Shown here piece by piece: positions 37,601 to 49,148 of a stretch of 64,000 nucleotides of DNA (position 1 is its first letter; the number at the start of each line of letters is the position of its first letter). Source of the stretch: Botryllus schlosseri (lineage: Eukaryota); NCBI GenBank assembly GCA_051294905.1, contig CM119375.1:24552001-24616000 (forward strand), written 5' to 3'. The notes under the pieces are model-generated. The model had not been told where the DNA came from. It saw only the letters and a program-made list of their open reading frames with translations, and searched no databases. Both the position numbers and the translations under genes were made by a program.

Positions 37601-39726
37601 GAACGATGATCCTAGTCGTTTCGCGAGATATCCAGAGAACACGCAAGGGCAAAAGAAATATAGAATACCTGAAAACATTTGCTGGTACATTATATGAAAC
37701 TTGGTGTAACATTAAATTCTTGAAGTATATCGTTGCAAATAACTATAAATAAAAAACACAGTGCATATATGCGATTAATTTTCCAGATTGTCTGATTATA
37801 TTGACAGACTTTGCAGAACTGCATATCATGCGTCGACGCCGTACTGAATACCGGCAATGATACGACAATCCCATCAGTTTGAAGCCGTGAACCTAAATCA
37901 TACACAATTAGGCTATACAGTAATGCTGTAATATTGCTGCGGGCAGTAGGCCTAGTTCCCAACATCACCATCCCGTTAAGCGCTTCGGCGACATTCAAGT
38001 CGAAATATCCCCCTTAACATAGTCCCCAACTGTAAGTGGAGGGTAAGTGTAAATGATTCTTCGCTTAGTTTTTACACTGCTGGATTGAACTTGACCATTC
38101 TAGACCAGTTCCATCAACTATATTCTACTTTAATTGACAATTTGAAATCTTTGATGCTCTCTTTCTTCGATGAATACTTCCATCACCTCGGTGATGGTGC
38201 TCTTAGTCTGAACGCAGACAGAGCTAGACCTGTATATATATATAGCAGCAAAACACTGCGAAGATTGCAATAATGCTATCAAGTATAGCGTGTAGAAGAT
38301 TCGAGTAACGTTACATAAAAATGTAAAGGCATGGTGGTTTAAGCCTTAATAAACGCTACATTTGTACGTTAAAACTTTTTTCTCGCTTGTCACATAGGCC
38401 CGAAAGTTAAAATCGCTGCCGCAGAAAATTATCTCAGCGCCAGAGATATATTAAGTTGCTAGCGGATTCCCGTAAATTCTCTCGCGCGGCAGGCTGCCCT
38501 TGGGGCGCGTACACCTGTTTGAGAACACATGTCCCAAGGGATTATCCCTTACGAGCTACAGTCATTTGCGCAGCTTGGAATCATCATTGATTTAGTTCAG
38601 TGCTATTCAACCCCTTTTCACCCGCGACACACTTTTTAAACTTTTGGTATTCGGCGACACTCCTACACTAAAATGAAACTGAAATATATAGGAATTGCAA
38701 AATAATTACGCGGTTTTCATAAGCATAACATTGACCGATTACATATGGCTCAGTGCTCGAATGAGTAACTGGACGTTCTTCTATCTATATTAACGAAGAT
38801 GAAAAACTGTGTTCGCACATCTCTAAAACTGGCGCAGAATTTCATTATCTGCCTTCCAAGATTGCAATGTCGCATATGCTGGGCGTATTATTATCTAACT
38901 TATTGTCGCATGTTCAGGTTGGCTGTTTCAAGCGTATTTGCATTGTAATAAAAGATGAATACTATTTTAGCCAGCTGTAAAAATTGCTTAAAACAGGTGT
39001 GCTTTATAAATCCATTTGTTTTCAATGTAACTTCAATTACAGCGGTCAGCAATACGGCTTTTCTTAAGTACGCATATAGTGGGTTACCATACGTCCTCTT
39101 TTAAGAGGATTTGTCCTCTTTTAAGAGGATTTGTCCTCTTTTTTACTTTTTTGAAAGTTTCCTCTGTCCACTTCTTTGAGACTTTTGGTCTAATTTACGG
39201 TCAAAATCGACTGAGATGCCGTAAATCAGCATTGGAGTTACGCTCAGGTGGGTATTTCGGGAGTTGAGACGGAGATGACCTTTTTTAGTCAATTGCCTGA
39301 CAATTTGAAGGGGAAAACTGTATTTCGGTCGCTGGGCGACAAAGTTGACATTTAGATTTACCATTACTTTCAAATTTTCCACCGGTTTTGCATGTCTGAA
39401 ATTCTGAAAAGTGTCCTCTTTTCAGATTTCCAAAATATGGTAACCCTAGCATATAGGCTATACTTACATGCACCGGGCTTGTCACAGCAATCGCAAAGAC
39501 TTGTAGACCACGGCTTCGGTATTTGAAGGTCACTTGGACGATATTGCATCTGTGGTTGACTAGTTATCGGACCTTGTTTCCATGTGCCCCCAGCAAAACT
39601 CTGCGAAGGTTGCGGTACGTGGTATGGTCCAGTTGGGCCATAAGGAGGAGGTCCTGGAGTAGGTTGGCCCACAGAAGTAGGCGGAGTATACTGATGTTGC
39701 ATGATCGGCGATTTATCAGAGTCCAT
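31649..39726 (-). CDS. PLAC8/cornifelin-family Cys-rich protein, complete, 165 aa. Exons: 39468-39726, 37526-37668, 31649-31744
   Basis: 259+143+96 = 498 nt with canonical splice sites and matching phases. Protein contains WSTSLCDCCD...FFCPCVF...YIRAKHGIDGDFCNDCLITTFCGACSTCQVDRELD, the PLAC8 domain signature. Confidence 0.93.
32327..33800. mobile_element. Non-autonomous hAT element (TAGGGCT TIR, TACTCG arrays) carrying a nested element
   Basis: TAGGGCTTGG ... CCCAGCCCTA termini; perfect TSD GTTATAAG at 32319-32326 and 33801-33808. Confidence 0.88.
32353..33313. mobile_element. TA-targeting MITE, 961 bp
   Basis: 25-bp perfect TIR GGGGAGATGTGGTACCGATGGATCA; TA on both sides. Confidence 0.85.
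33987..34509. repeat. Perfect long inverted repeat: 256-bp arms (33987-34242, 34254-34509) and 11-nt loop
   Basis: By eye the arms are exact reverse complements around the loop AGTGATCCCAA. Confidence 0.95.
34626..37414. mobile_element. Old non-autonomous hAT element (TAGGGTTGCCATACG family), copy 1, host of 35531-37230
   Basis: TAGGGTTGCCATA ... TATGGTAACCCTA termini; TSD ATGCAGCA/GTGTAGTA differs by three transitions; colinear with 45096-46638. Confidence 0.8.
35531..37230. mobile_element. Composite non-autonomous hAT element (CAATGTTCCCTCTA TIR), copy 2, 1700 bp
   Basis: Perfect 8-bp TSD CTCACATT; internal extra right TIR ending at 35712; empty site GCTCACATTAT in the paralogous host at about 46030. 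Confidence 0.93.
39080..39448. mobile_element. hAT-type MITE, TAGGGTTACCATA family, in cornifelin intron 1
   Basis: Perfect TSD GCATATAG at 39072-39079 and 39449-39456; inverted relative to 16155-16606. Confidence 0.85.
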
Positions 39727-40470
39727 GTTGTGCTATAATATTGGGAACGCTATGACTAATCTAAATCAAAGTTAACATGCAGTTATTAGACGTGGTTTGT
39801 AATACACCCGCGTCAATGCGTTTTGGAGCAGCGTTTTCAACAACGAAGCCAGGTCACGGATGGGGCTTCAGCGGAGCTTTTGATTGGTAGGGTTAAGTGC
39901 ACCTTCCGTACCCTTCACGGCACCATTGGTAATCTTTAACCAAAATTCTAAAAAAGAGGCTAAAATCTCAGAAAAAAGGACAAATCCTCATAAAGAAGGA
40001 CGTATGGGAACCCCACTATATAGCAAGTCAGCGATTTGTACTACTCAACCAATCAATTATTATTGATATGAACGAAATCGATAGAAAGAATGCATCGCTG
40101 TTCAATGTAAAAAGTCTAGCAGACGTACGTAAAACGTATCATAAAACCCAAATCCACATGATTTGGTGCGGAGCATGGACCGGAGCCGGATTGGATATCC
40201 GGACGGATTATTTCAATTTTGGCCGGAGCCGGATCGGAGCCGGATCAGTACTTACTACAACATGCATCAACTATGGAAATGAACTGTTGTTATTGAGTTC
40301 TTTTTATCAGAAACCGTACTTCAGTAGCTAAACCTTTGTACACTAACTACAAGTCTCCCAAACTATACGTCTCGTGAGCGATTCTCACTGATTTAAGTTT
40401 TAACCCAGGAATCCAACTTATCGCTGGCGAGGAAAACCAGTTTGGGGCAAGCTAAATGGTTAGGTTGCAA

Positions 40471-40960
40471 CAGAGAGAGAGAGAGAGAGATAGAGAATCT
40501 TTATTCGAATACATTACATATCAACATTACACTACAAAAATGTAACAGTGAAATGCGACATGCAAGGTAGACGGGAGGCTCGATATGACAAAGTCTTCAG
40601 AGCCGAACCACCCAGGACAGGAGCAATTTTCACAGTTGATAACTAATGAATAAAAATAAAATTAACTATAATGAACGAAAAGATAAATAAGACACAGATT
40701 CTGCTGATCCGCTGTGTCAATCCCGCAATCGGGAGAAACAGAAATAGTTCTCCGAATTGATTCTTATGCAACCACGTGCCTGGATTTGGAACACTCTCTC
40801 AGGCCCTACGCTCCTGAATTATAGGTGCTAGGTGACGCTATAAGTTCAAAGAGATTTCTGTTCAAACCGTTCGATGCAGAATGTGCCGATCCACATTGCG
40901 TCACTATATACCGGGCAAGTGTACGGGAAACATGATCTACCTAAACTGCAAATACAAATA
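40471..40960 (-). mobile_element. Probable LINE 3' end (UTR and tail)
   Basis: Minus strand ends AATAAAGATTCTCTAT(CT)n after a UTR-like stretch. No convincing RT peptide. Confidence 0.4.
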
Positions 40961-41006
40961 AGATTTTAGTATTGTAAAAATAATTAGTCCTACTCGCAGA
41001 TTATAC

Positions 41007-41960
41007 CAGTGTTGGGATGACTCGAGTCATGACTTGACTCGAGTCAGACTCGAGTCACCTTTTTCGTATGACTTGACTTGACTCGAGTCACTTTGCTAAA
41101 ATGACTTGACTTGACTTGACTCGGCGTATCAAAAATGTGGATTGACTCGTGACTCGGAGCAAAATTCACGAGTCAATTTCAAGTCATCAAGTAATCGGTG
41201 TCGATAAAAATCATTGTATCTTACATATGGTCGGATTGCTCGCGAAACGCTCGTGTAACACGTGAGAGCTACTAATCATTCAATGATCGTGCGTTTCGCT
41301 GTGCCTCTATTGTTCCTTCACAAATAAATTGACCGCAAACGAAGTGGTCGAAGCTTATAGCTTACGATGTTGTAAACTAGTATAGTAAAGTAGCAAAATG
41401 TACATTTCTGTTCTCTGTTCTTACCTTAATCAAACCTCTTGTTTTATTGAAATTCGAATATAGTTTATAGTCATCAACTATTGGCGCAGGCTCGAATTGT
41501 ATCATGTCAATTTGTAAGTGGGTAATGTATTGCATCTTATGAATTCGTTTTTCTATTCCGTATTTTGGCTGGTAACTATAAACTAAGACTATGCAATTAC
41601 TTACATAGTATAGCAGTTCTACGTATATGTGAGCGATAGAGCGCCTTCTTGCGTGTATATTTAACTCTATATTCGTTCATCAGAATAATGATCACTCAAT
41701 CTCTATTTCAGACAGCCATCAAAATGCAATGACGTAATCTTGCCTCATACTTCGAAAAGGCAACTTGACTTGAATTGTGACTTGACTCGTGCCTTGACTT
41801 GACTTGACTCGACTTGACTCGAGCCACCTCCAAAAATCGAGTGACTTGACTTGACTCGAGTCACCTTCGAAAATCGATTGACTTGACTTGACTCGAGTCA
41901 AAATGTGCAATGACTCGAAATGACTCGTGACTCGAAGGTAGTGACTTGATCCCAACACTG
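41007..41960. mobile_element. hAT MITE (CAGTGTTGGGAT TIR, TGACT/GACTCGAGTC arrays), copy 1
   Basis: Perfect TSD GATTATAC; 12-bp TIR. Confidence 0.92.
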
Positions 41961-41987
41961 GATTATACTATGCGGATATACTCTCAG

Positions 41988-42270
41988 AGGACGGGATAGC
42001 ATAGCGGTTCGCTCCACCGCTGCAACATCAATGGGCTGAGAGTTCGAGTCCGACTAAGGTCAACTCAACTGGAGCTTTATCTAGGCTCCTCATCATCATG
42101 TGATACACGTAAGTGGTGTCTGACGAAAGCATAGAAGAAAAGTGGGTCGTGCTACGAGCCGGTAGCTAAGGAATCGCAATACGAAATATCGGTCTGGTGA
42201 AAATGTCCATAGCAGTCGAAACACCTTGAATACAAAACCGACAATTCTCGGAGGTCAGCAATGATGATAT
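41988..42270 (+). mobile_element. Probable tRNA-derived SINE, second family
   Basis: A-box-like TAGCATAGCGG and B-box-like GAGTTCGAGTCC at tRNA-like spacing; 3' boundary uncertain. Confidence 0.5.
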
Positions 42271-42276
42271 TCCTAG

Positions 42277-43655
42277 CAGTGTTGGGATGACTCGAGTCAT
42301 GACTTGACTCGAGTCAGACTCGAGTCAACTTTTTCGAATGACTTGACTTGACTCGAGTCACTTTGCAAAAATGACTTGACTTGACTTGACTCGGCGCTTC
42401 AAAAATGTGGATTGACTCGTGACTCGGAGCAAAATTTACGAGTCAATTTCAAGTCATCAAGTAAACGGAGTCGACTAAATCAATGCATTTTGTGCATGTT
42501 CGGATTATTCACGATACGCCGTTGTAACTTGTGAGAGCAACCAATCATTCACTGGTTGTACGTTTCACTGATCCTACATTGTTACATCACAAATACACTG
42601 ACCGCAAACGAAATGATCACACTTTACGTTGTCGTAGTAGCAGATTAATTTAATAGCAACGTATAGCTGTTTATTGGACGACTCTGTCCGTACATTACAC
42701 GGTGCTCACCTTTCCCAACCCTCTTGTATGAATTAAATCGAACAAATATATTCTATGCCTTTATATCCTCACGGATGTGTATAGATGGCTAGTGTATTTT
42801 ACGATATCAATTTCTTTTATCTTGTCGAGGCTTCGTATTCGATCCTCTATTTTGGCTGACATAATAAGAGACTGTAGCATGTAGCTCAGAGTTGTCAAAC
42901 TCAACTGACGTCGCGGGTCGAATTCAAATATTCAGATCACTCGCGGGCCGCACCAGTCAAAATGATTCCAAAATATTACTAACTCTTAACTCAATATATG
43001 CACTTTTTCACATTCTCGGAATCGGGTGTTAATGTCAGCGACCTTCTCCTGAGGATGACTACAATCACAACTCCATCTTTCGAGTGGTTATAATGTGGCC
43101 TATGAACATACTCGAAATTTGCTATCTTGAAGGAATATTTATTAGTAGTATTTCTTACTACAAATTCGAGAAATTGTTGGATAAAATTACGCAATTTTCA
43201 ACATATACTCAGAATTTCTTCGCGGGCTGAATGAAATCATTTGGCGGGTCGTATGTTTGACACCCCTGATGTAGCTATACAGTTACTGACATATTTTATT
43301 AGCAGTTCTACGTGTGCGTGAGCGATACAACGCATTTTTGCATGTATATTTAACTTTATATTCGTTATTTGATTCAAGATAAATGACCAATTGATCTCTT
43401 TAACACAGCTAGTAAAACATAATGAATTTGAATCATCACTCATACTTCGAAAATTCAATTTGACTTGAATTGTGACTTGACTCGTGACTTGACTTGACTT
43501 GACTTGACTTGACTCGAGTCACCTCCAAAAAACGAGTGACTTGACTTGACTCGAGTCACCTTTGAAAATCGATTGACTTGACTTGACTCGAGTCAAAATG
43601 TGCAATGACTCGAGATGACTCGTGACTCGAAGGTAGTGACTTGATCCCAACACTG
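42277..43655. mobile_element. hAT MITE (CAGTGTTGGGAT TIR), copy 2, with a nested MITE
   Basis: Perfect TSD ATTCCTAG; termini nearly identical to 41007-41960. Confidence 0.92.
42887..43268. mobile_element. hAT MITE (CAGGGGTGTCAAAC family) nested in 42277-43655
   Basis: CAGAGTTGTCAAAC ... GTTTGACACCCCTG termini; perfect TSD ATGTAGCT. Confidence 0.88.
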
Positions 43656-45095
43656 ATTCCTAGTACAATTCCGCCATTTCAGATTAAAATTCCATGTACA
43701 TTCCTAAACAACTGGCGACCAAATTGCTACGTTCCACGCTCCGTGGTCAAAGAAACTGTTACCTTACGACTATTTTGTACTCCAAATTCTGAATATAACA
43801 ACGTGAGCAGAAATGATCAAATCATTGCCTATAAATCACCGCACTAAGCAGAGCATAAATATTCTACACTGTAGGATAGAGCGATGCCGACAGACCTCCA
43901 TATGTCCATCTAAGAACATGATTGCCTGCCACAAGGTAAAACTCAATAGCTCGAACCCTTAACTCTGCACTCGCATAACAGCGCTAACGGACTGCTTATT
44001 GACCATCTACTGCATGTCATTCGAGAATCTCGGGCTTTAATAAATTATTATTATAGTGGGTATGTCAATACCCGCGCGTGATGCGAACTCCGTAAATGCA
44101 CGTGATCCGTCACAAGTCAGCGGCATTTTGAGTTGATCAGTAACTATAGTATTTGAAACGTATAATGTCAATAGACGTGACCATTCTCAACATAGGCGTC
44201 ACTGCTCTATAGCTATACTATTGTAGAGTAATGTCCCGAGCGTTTTCCCTTCACTCGCACACTCTATCATTTATTTTACATAGGTAAGCTGGCTTATTGG
44301 GGTTTATAGAATTTTGAAAATATCACATATGTTGCGTCCTAAAGTAGCATCTTCGCAATGCATAGCGATACTATTGTAGACATTCTGTTGTTCGAAGATA
44401 ACATACGGGGTTGTTATGCTGTATTGCGCATTCTCGATGGTAACATTCACGGTGGTAATTTAATTAGGGACAGTGAGAAAAGTGAACTCAGGCTTTCTGG
44501 AATTGGGTGTCAATGCCAGCAACTTGGTTCCCAATGACGACTTGAGTAGACCATATCACCGCTGTGAGGTAGTTATAATGCGGTATATAAGCATTGAACG
44601 TAATGAAACATTTGTTATTTAATTATTTAATGAAAGTATTTCTTACTGAAATATCTTGGAAAATACAAGCATTTTTCCAACCTACTCAGAATTGCTTCTC
44701 GGGCCAGATGCGCCCCGCGCACCGTATGTTTGACACCACTGATCTACAGTCATTGCTGTTAGCATGGTGCGCAATCACACAGGACTACGAACATGATACA
44801 ATACCAGTAGAACGTAGATACAGTCATCCAACTACGCTCGCCCAGGTCATCAATCGTAAATTTAACGATATTGATGAAGAGAATGCATCAAGTCTCAGGT
44901 AAAAAGTTACGCTTTTGCATTGTGCATTTATACATCCAGTTATGCGATGTCGGAAATTAGAAACAATCAATCCGTATTTATGATAACTTCAACAAGGGGG
45001 TACAGGAATGCAGGCCACTATCCATCAATTCTAATGAATATACACATAGTTTTGTACACACATTTTTACAATGTACAATGTACAGGTACATTGGC

Positions 45096-46638
45096 TAGGG
45101 TTGCCATACGTCCGGAATTACCCGGACATGTCCGGAATTTCCCTGTAAAAACTGCGTCCGGGTGGAAATTCTAAAATATGCCTGAATGTCCGGAATATTG
45201 AAGGCTTCAAGTATAAAAGCTCAATTTTTTTTCGTAAATCAACATAAATAATATTATTTTCAAGCAGATTTATGCTATTTGAATTTTTTCTTCGCGCTTC
45301 GCGCGATCTCATGCCACGTATATTCATTTTAATATGGGAACCACGCACCGCCCTCGCAAAAAAAAAATGCAATCAAAAATAAATAAAAATAACCATCATT
45401 CACTGAAATAAGTGTAATTGTAATCGCAATTATAAGATAACGGTATATTCCTAGAGCTACTTACGGCAGTTTGAATGCTTTAGTTTAGTCTAAGACATTT
45501 GTTCTGAACCTCGCGGTCGTTTGTCATTAATATGGGGATTTCGAAGATGTTGGACGTCATCATCTTCCAAAATAAGCCGTAAGTCTGGGCTGGTTGATTT
45601 TTTATTAATCAGCCTATCATATTTTGAGCTGGACCGATGATAATTTTCAAATTGGAAATGAGCTCGCGGCAAGAAAAGATGGGAAACCACCGGATGTGCA
45701 ATGTACATGGTGTATTTTATAGTACTATGTGGAAGAACCAATATTATTGACAGAATTAATTCACAAATTTTAACAAGAAGATGCATATAGTACGCCTGCA
45801 AGAAGTTGCATCGATTACCCCATGGTGGGCACGAGATTAGTGCTTTTTGGGGCGGAAGGGAGATGAAAAAATGTTGTTTTGGATCTGTTACAGCACACAA
45901 TCAGATAACCGCACCGACATAACAATATATCTGGGGTGTGAAACACACAACCGGCGGACCGGATAAGGCACACCAGACGATTTCATCTGCCCCGTGACGA
46001 AATCTGTTGCAAACTCAAGCAATCACCCGAGCTCACATTATAAAATGACACAATTCAAAACCTATGTTTCACTCCACTCGTGCTGTATACAGTCGATAGG
46101 CGAAGCTAGAGCTGAGATGAGCGGAATTGAAATTTATATGCCCTAATCCAATCCAAATCCGAAACTTCAAATCAAACTCTTAACCCATAACTTTTGTATA
46201 TACAAATCCGCATCCAATCCTTATCCGATTCTAACTTGAAATTCTGAAAAAAATGCTTATTTATGCAAGGAAGGAATTGTAAATTTGTCTTTCACAACCA
46301 ACAATTCTCTTGATTTAAGATAATTTAGCATAGGGCTGCACCTCTCATGTTCATTCGCACCGAGTATATCACAAGTATATTAAAAACTGATTTGAATATT
46401 GTTTGTCACCATTCGTCGCGCGCGACATATCAATATCCCAGTTAATCCAAATCCCAATCCGTTCAGAAAAAAATCTCTTATCCCAATCCACTCTAAATCC
46501 GACAAAATCTCACAAATCTGTTTTTTTCAAGTCCTAATCCATGCTCATGCTCATCCCTGGTTCACACCTCATTGTAAAATCCGCCAGTGGGCGCTAAAGG
46601 AAATAGGGAATTTGATCAACAAAAATATGGTAATCCTA
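45096..46638. mobile_element. Old non-autonomous hAT element (TAGGGTTGCCATACG family), copy 2, with an AATCC-rich insert at about 46105-46560
   Basis: TSD ACATTGGC/ACATAGGC (7/8); colinear but clearly diverged from 34626-37414. Confidence 0.82.
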
Positions 46639-49148
46639 ACATAGGCCTACTTGAGTTTATGAGATTTGACTAGATAGGGCGTGAGTATCCATATTTGTTA
46701 TTTTCGAAAGACACATGGGCAATCTATTGCACAATGTACGCCTACACAGTTTTACCTTTATCTAAATGTCGTTCTTCAAATTAGCACTGTGAAGTCATGT
46801 GACGTCATAGGTTCGTGATCACGCTCGGAATCACGTTCGTATTCACAGAGAACCTTTTATTAAAATCCCTAAATCTAACGTATCTGCAATGTTAACAAAA
46901 GAAATACCTGCAAACCAACATATTACAAAACAATCATTACTAACAATGATTAGATAATCAGTCTGTCAGCTAATCAGGAGCATTTTTATTACAATCTTCA
47001 ATCGGTCAGGATCCTTGTTCGTGATTGCCGCCCACTTCGTCCATTCTACGTCCATTCGTTTACTCATACTTTTAAATGATTTGCGCAAAATGTTAGCGTC
47101 TTTCGTGACATCTTTCTGGAGGATCCTTGATGTTTTTTTTCAACAATCCCCGAAATGAGTTTTTACAATGCATCGTTATTGAGATTTTCCTAATTTTAGA
47201 TATCTCTGCTGGTCGCTTGTTCGTGCAACCTAAGTATGTCAATGCAATTTAGCCATTTGTGAGGTGCTGGTGGCGAACAGCGTAATGTCACTTTTCGTCT
47301 CTGTAATATCAATCGGTCACAGTCGCCTACTCCAGAACCACATCCTAAATGTTTGGAGGTTTGGCCTTGGAACCTCACGGATGCAATCCGCAGAGATGGC
47401 GTATTCTAAAAGTCTAAAACGAAAGTAGACGGCACTGTAGTTGAAGGATCAGGAAGCATTCTGACCTGATGTAAAATTGCCGTGGCGGATCATGAACAAT
47501 ACAAACAAAAACGGCAATCCCACTGCTGTTGATTGCGATCTCATGAATAGAAATGCCTTTGACCTTACATTACTACCAATAATAGACCACATCAGCCAGG
47601 ATCGAGTCGTATTTAGAGATCGACCAATAGGAAAACTGACCACTGGGAATTTCAACGCTCAGTTGTAACTTTTCTTCAAATTTCGCGACCATCATCTCCT
47701 CAACATTACCATTACCTGGATACAGTCGTGATAATTGACAGTAATTCAATGTGCTTCATAACTTGAAGATATGCATGTACTATGGCAGAGGCGGGCAACT
47801 TCTCCGGTCGGCGAGTCGGATATGGAAAGATGAAGCACTTATCGAGCCGGATTACAGAATAGATACATTAGTCTCGTATTTATCCACCTATGCAAGGAAG
47901 GAATCGTATTTAATGTAAACTTCAAGTTTAAAGCATAGAGAGAGAGAGAGACCAAAACAATATTTAATGAATTTATTAACAGTAGCTGTTGAAGTCAGTC
48001 AGACATCTGTGGTCGGTCAGAGTTGTAAACAAGTTCTTTAAAATCTGGTTACATGTCATATGTAGAAACCCTTAGTAATGACTGCACGTGAACCATGCAG
48101 TTATATTGGACATCGGCCTTGTCTCGTTAATGTTCATGGTCGAAAATATATGTACACCTGAACAGTGCAAGTACTTTCATGTTCATCTTTTTCAGGTTGG
48201 CAAACTTGGATTCATTCTGTGGCGCATAAAATTTGTCAATACTTTCAGAACGGAATTTCACTTTCAGGGAAGAAACTCCCTGCGGGCCGGTCAAAATCCC
48301 TTCGCGGTCCGGATCGGGCTCGCAGGCCGTATGTTGTTCGTCCCTGTACTATGGTATCTATGGGTATTATCTTTCGTGACCTCATGAGGACGGTTGATAA
48401 ATTAGCATGATAGAGATATCCATTTGGACTGACAAAACGTGCATTAACCATATAAATATGATATTGGCTAAGCAAAGTCGACAAATATTCACACCATATA
48501 AAACCAACGTCAACATCGCCATTCGTATCTATTTCTTGATATTAGTCACGAAGACGTAATGAATTGACGTCAATACTTGTTAGGAAATAAGAATAAAGTA
48601 CTTGAAATGAATCGAAATATCTATATTCTATAACGATATACTAGAGTGGAATTTCTTTGTACATTTAGAGAAAACCTGAGGTAAAGTTATTAAAGTAAAA
48701 TCGCTAAAAGGCAAAATTGCGCACTATTATGTGATTCTTAAGTATGCGAAAACACTAACTCTCTCTACCACCAGTATATTTGGATATCGATTTTAATATA
48801 TATATTTCGAAGCAGAAGGCAACACATTTTTAGGCTTGTATAACGTCGATGTTTCGTGAACGGTTTTAGACTCTTGAAGATGTACTGGTGTTATGGCATG
48901 AAATATCTTTCATCGGCAATGACGCATTATTCCCTATAAAATAAGTATAGTGCAGTCGACAACCATTCCTGAGGAACAGGCGTTTCAATGTTCATCCTTG
49001 AAGTGACGAAATAATGCTTTGTCCATTCTCCGCGCGAGAAGTGTAATGTTTCGTTCGCGTGTAGTCATATCCAACAAGCTAAAGTCGCCATTGTCATTGT
49101 CAGCGACAACCAAATTACTGAAAATACACGTGCTTCATCTTTGCGTGC

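Noticed and set aside
47477-47668. TLLPIIDHI resembling a Merlin/IS1595 transposase motif
   Set aside because: The downstream catalytic motifs and TIRs are absent; likely chance.
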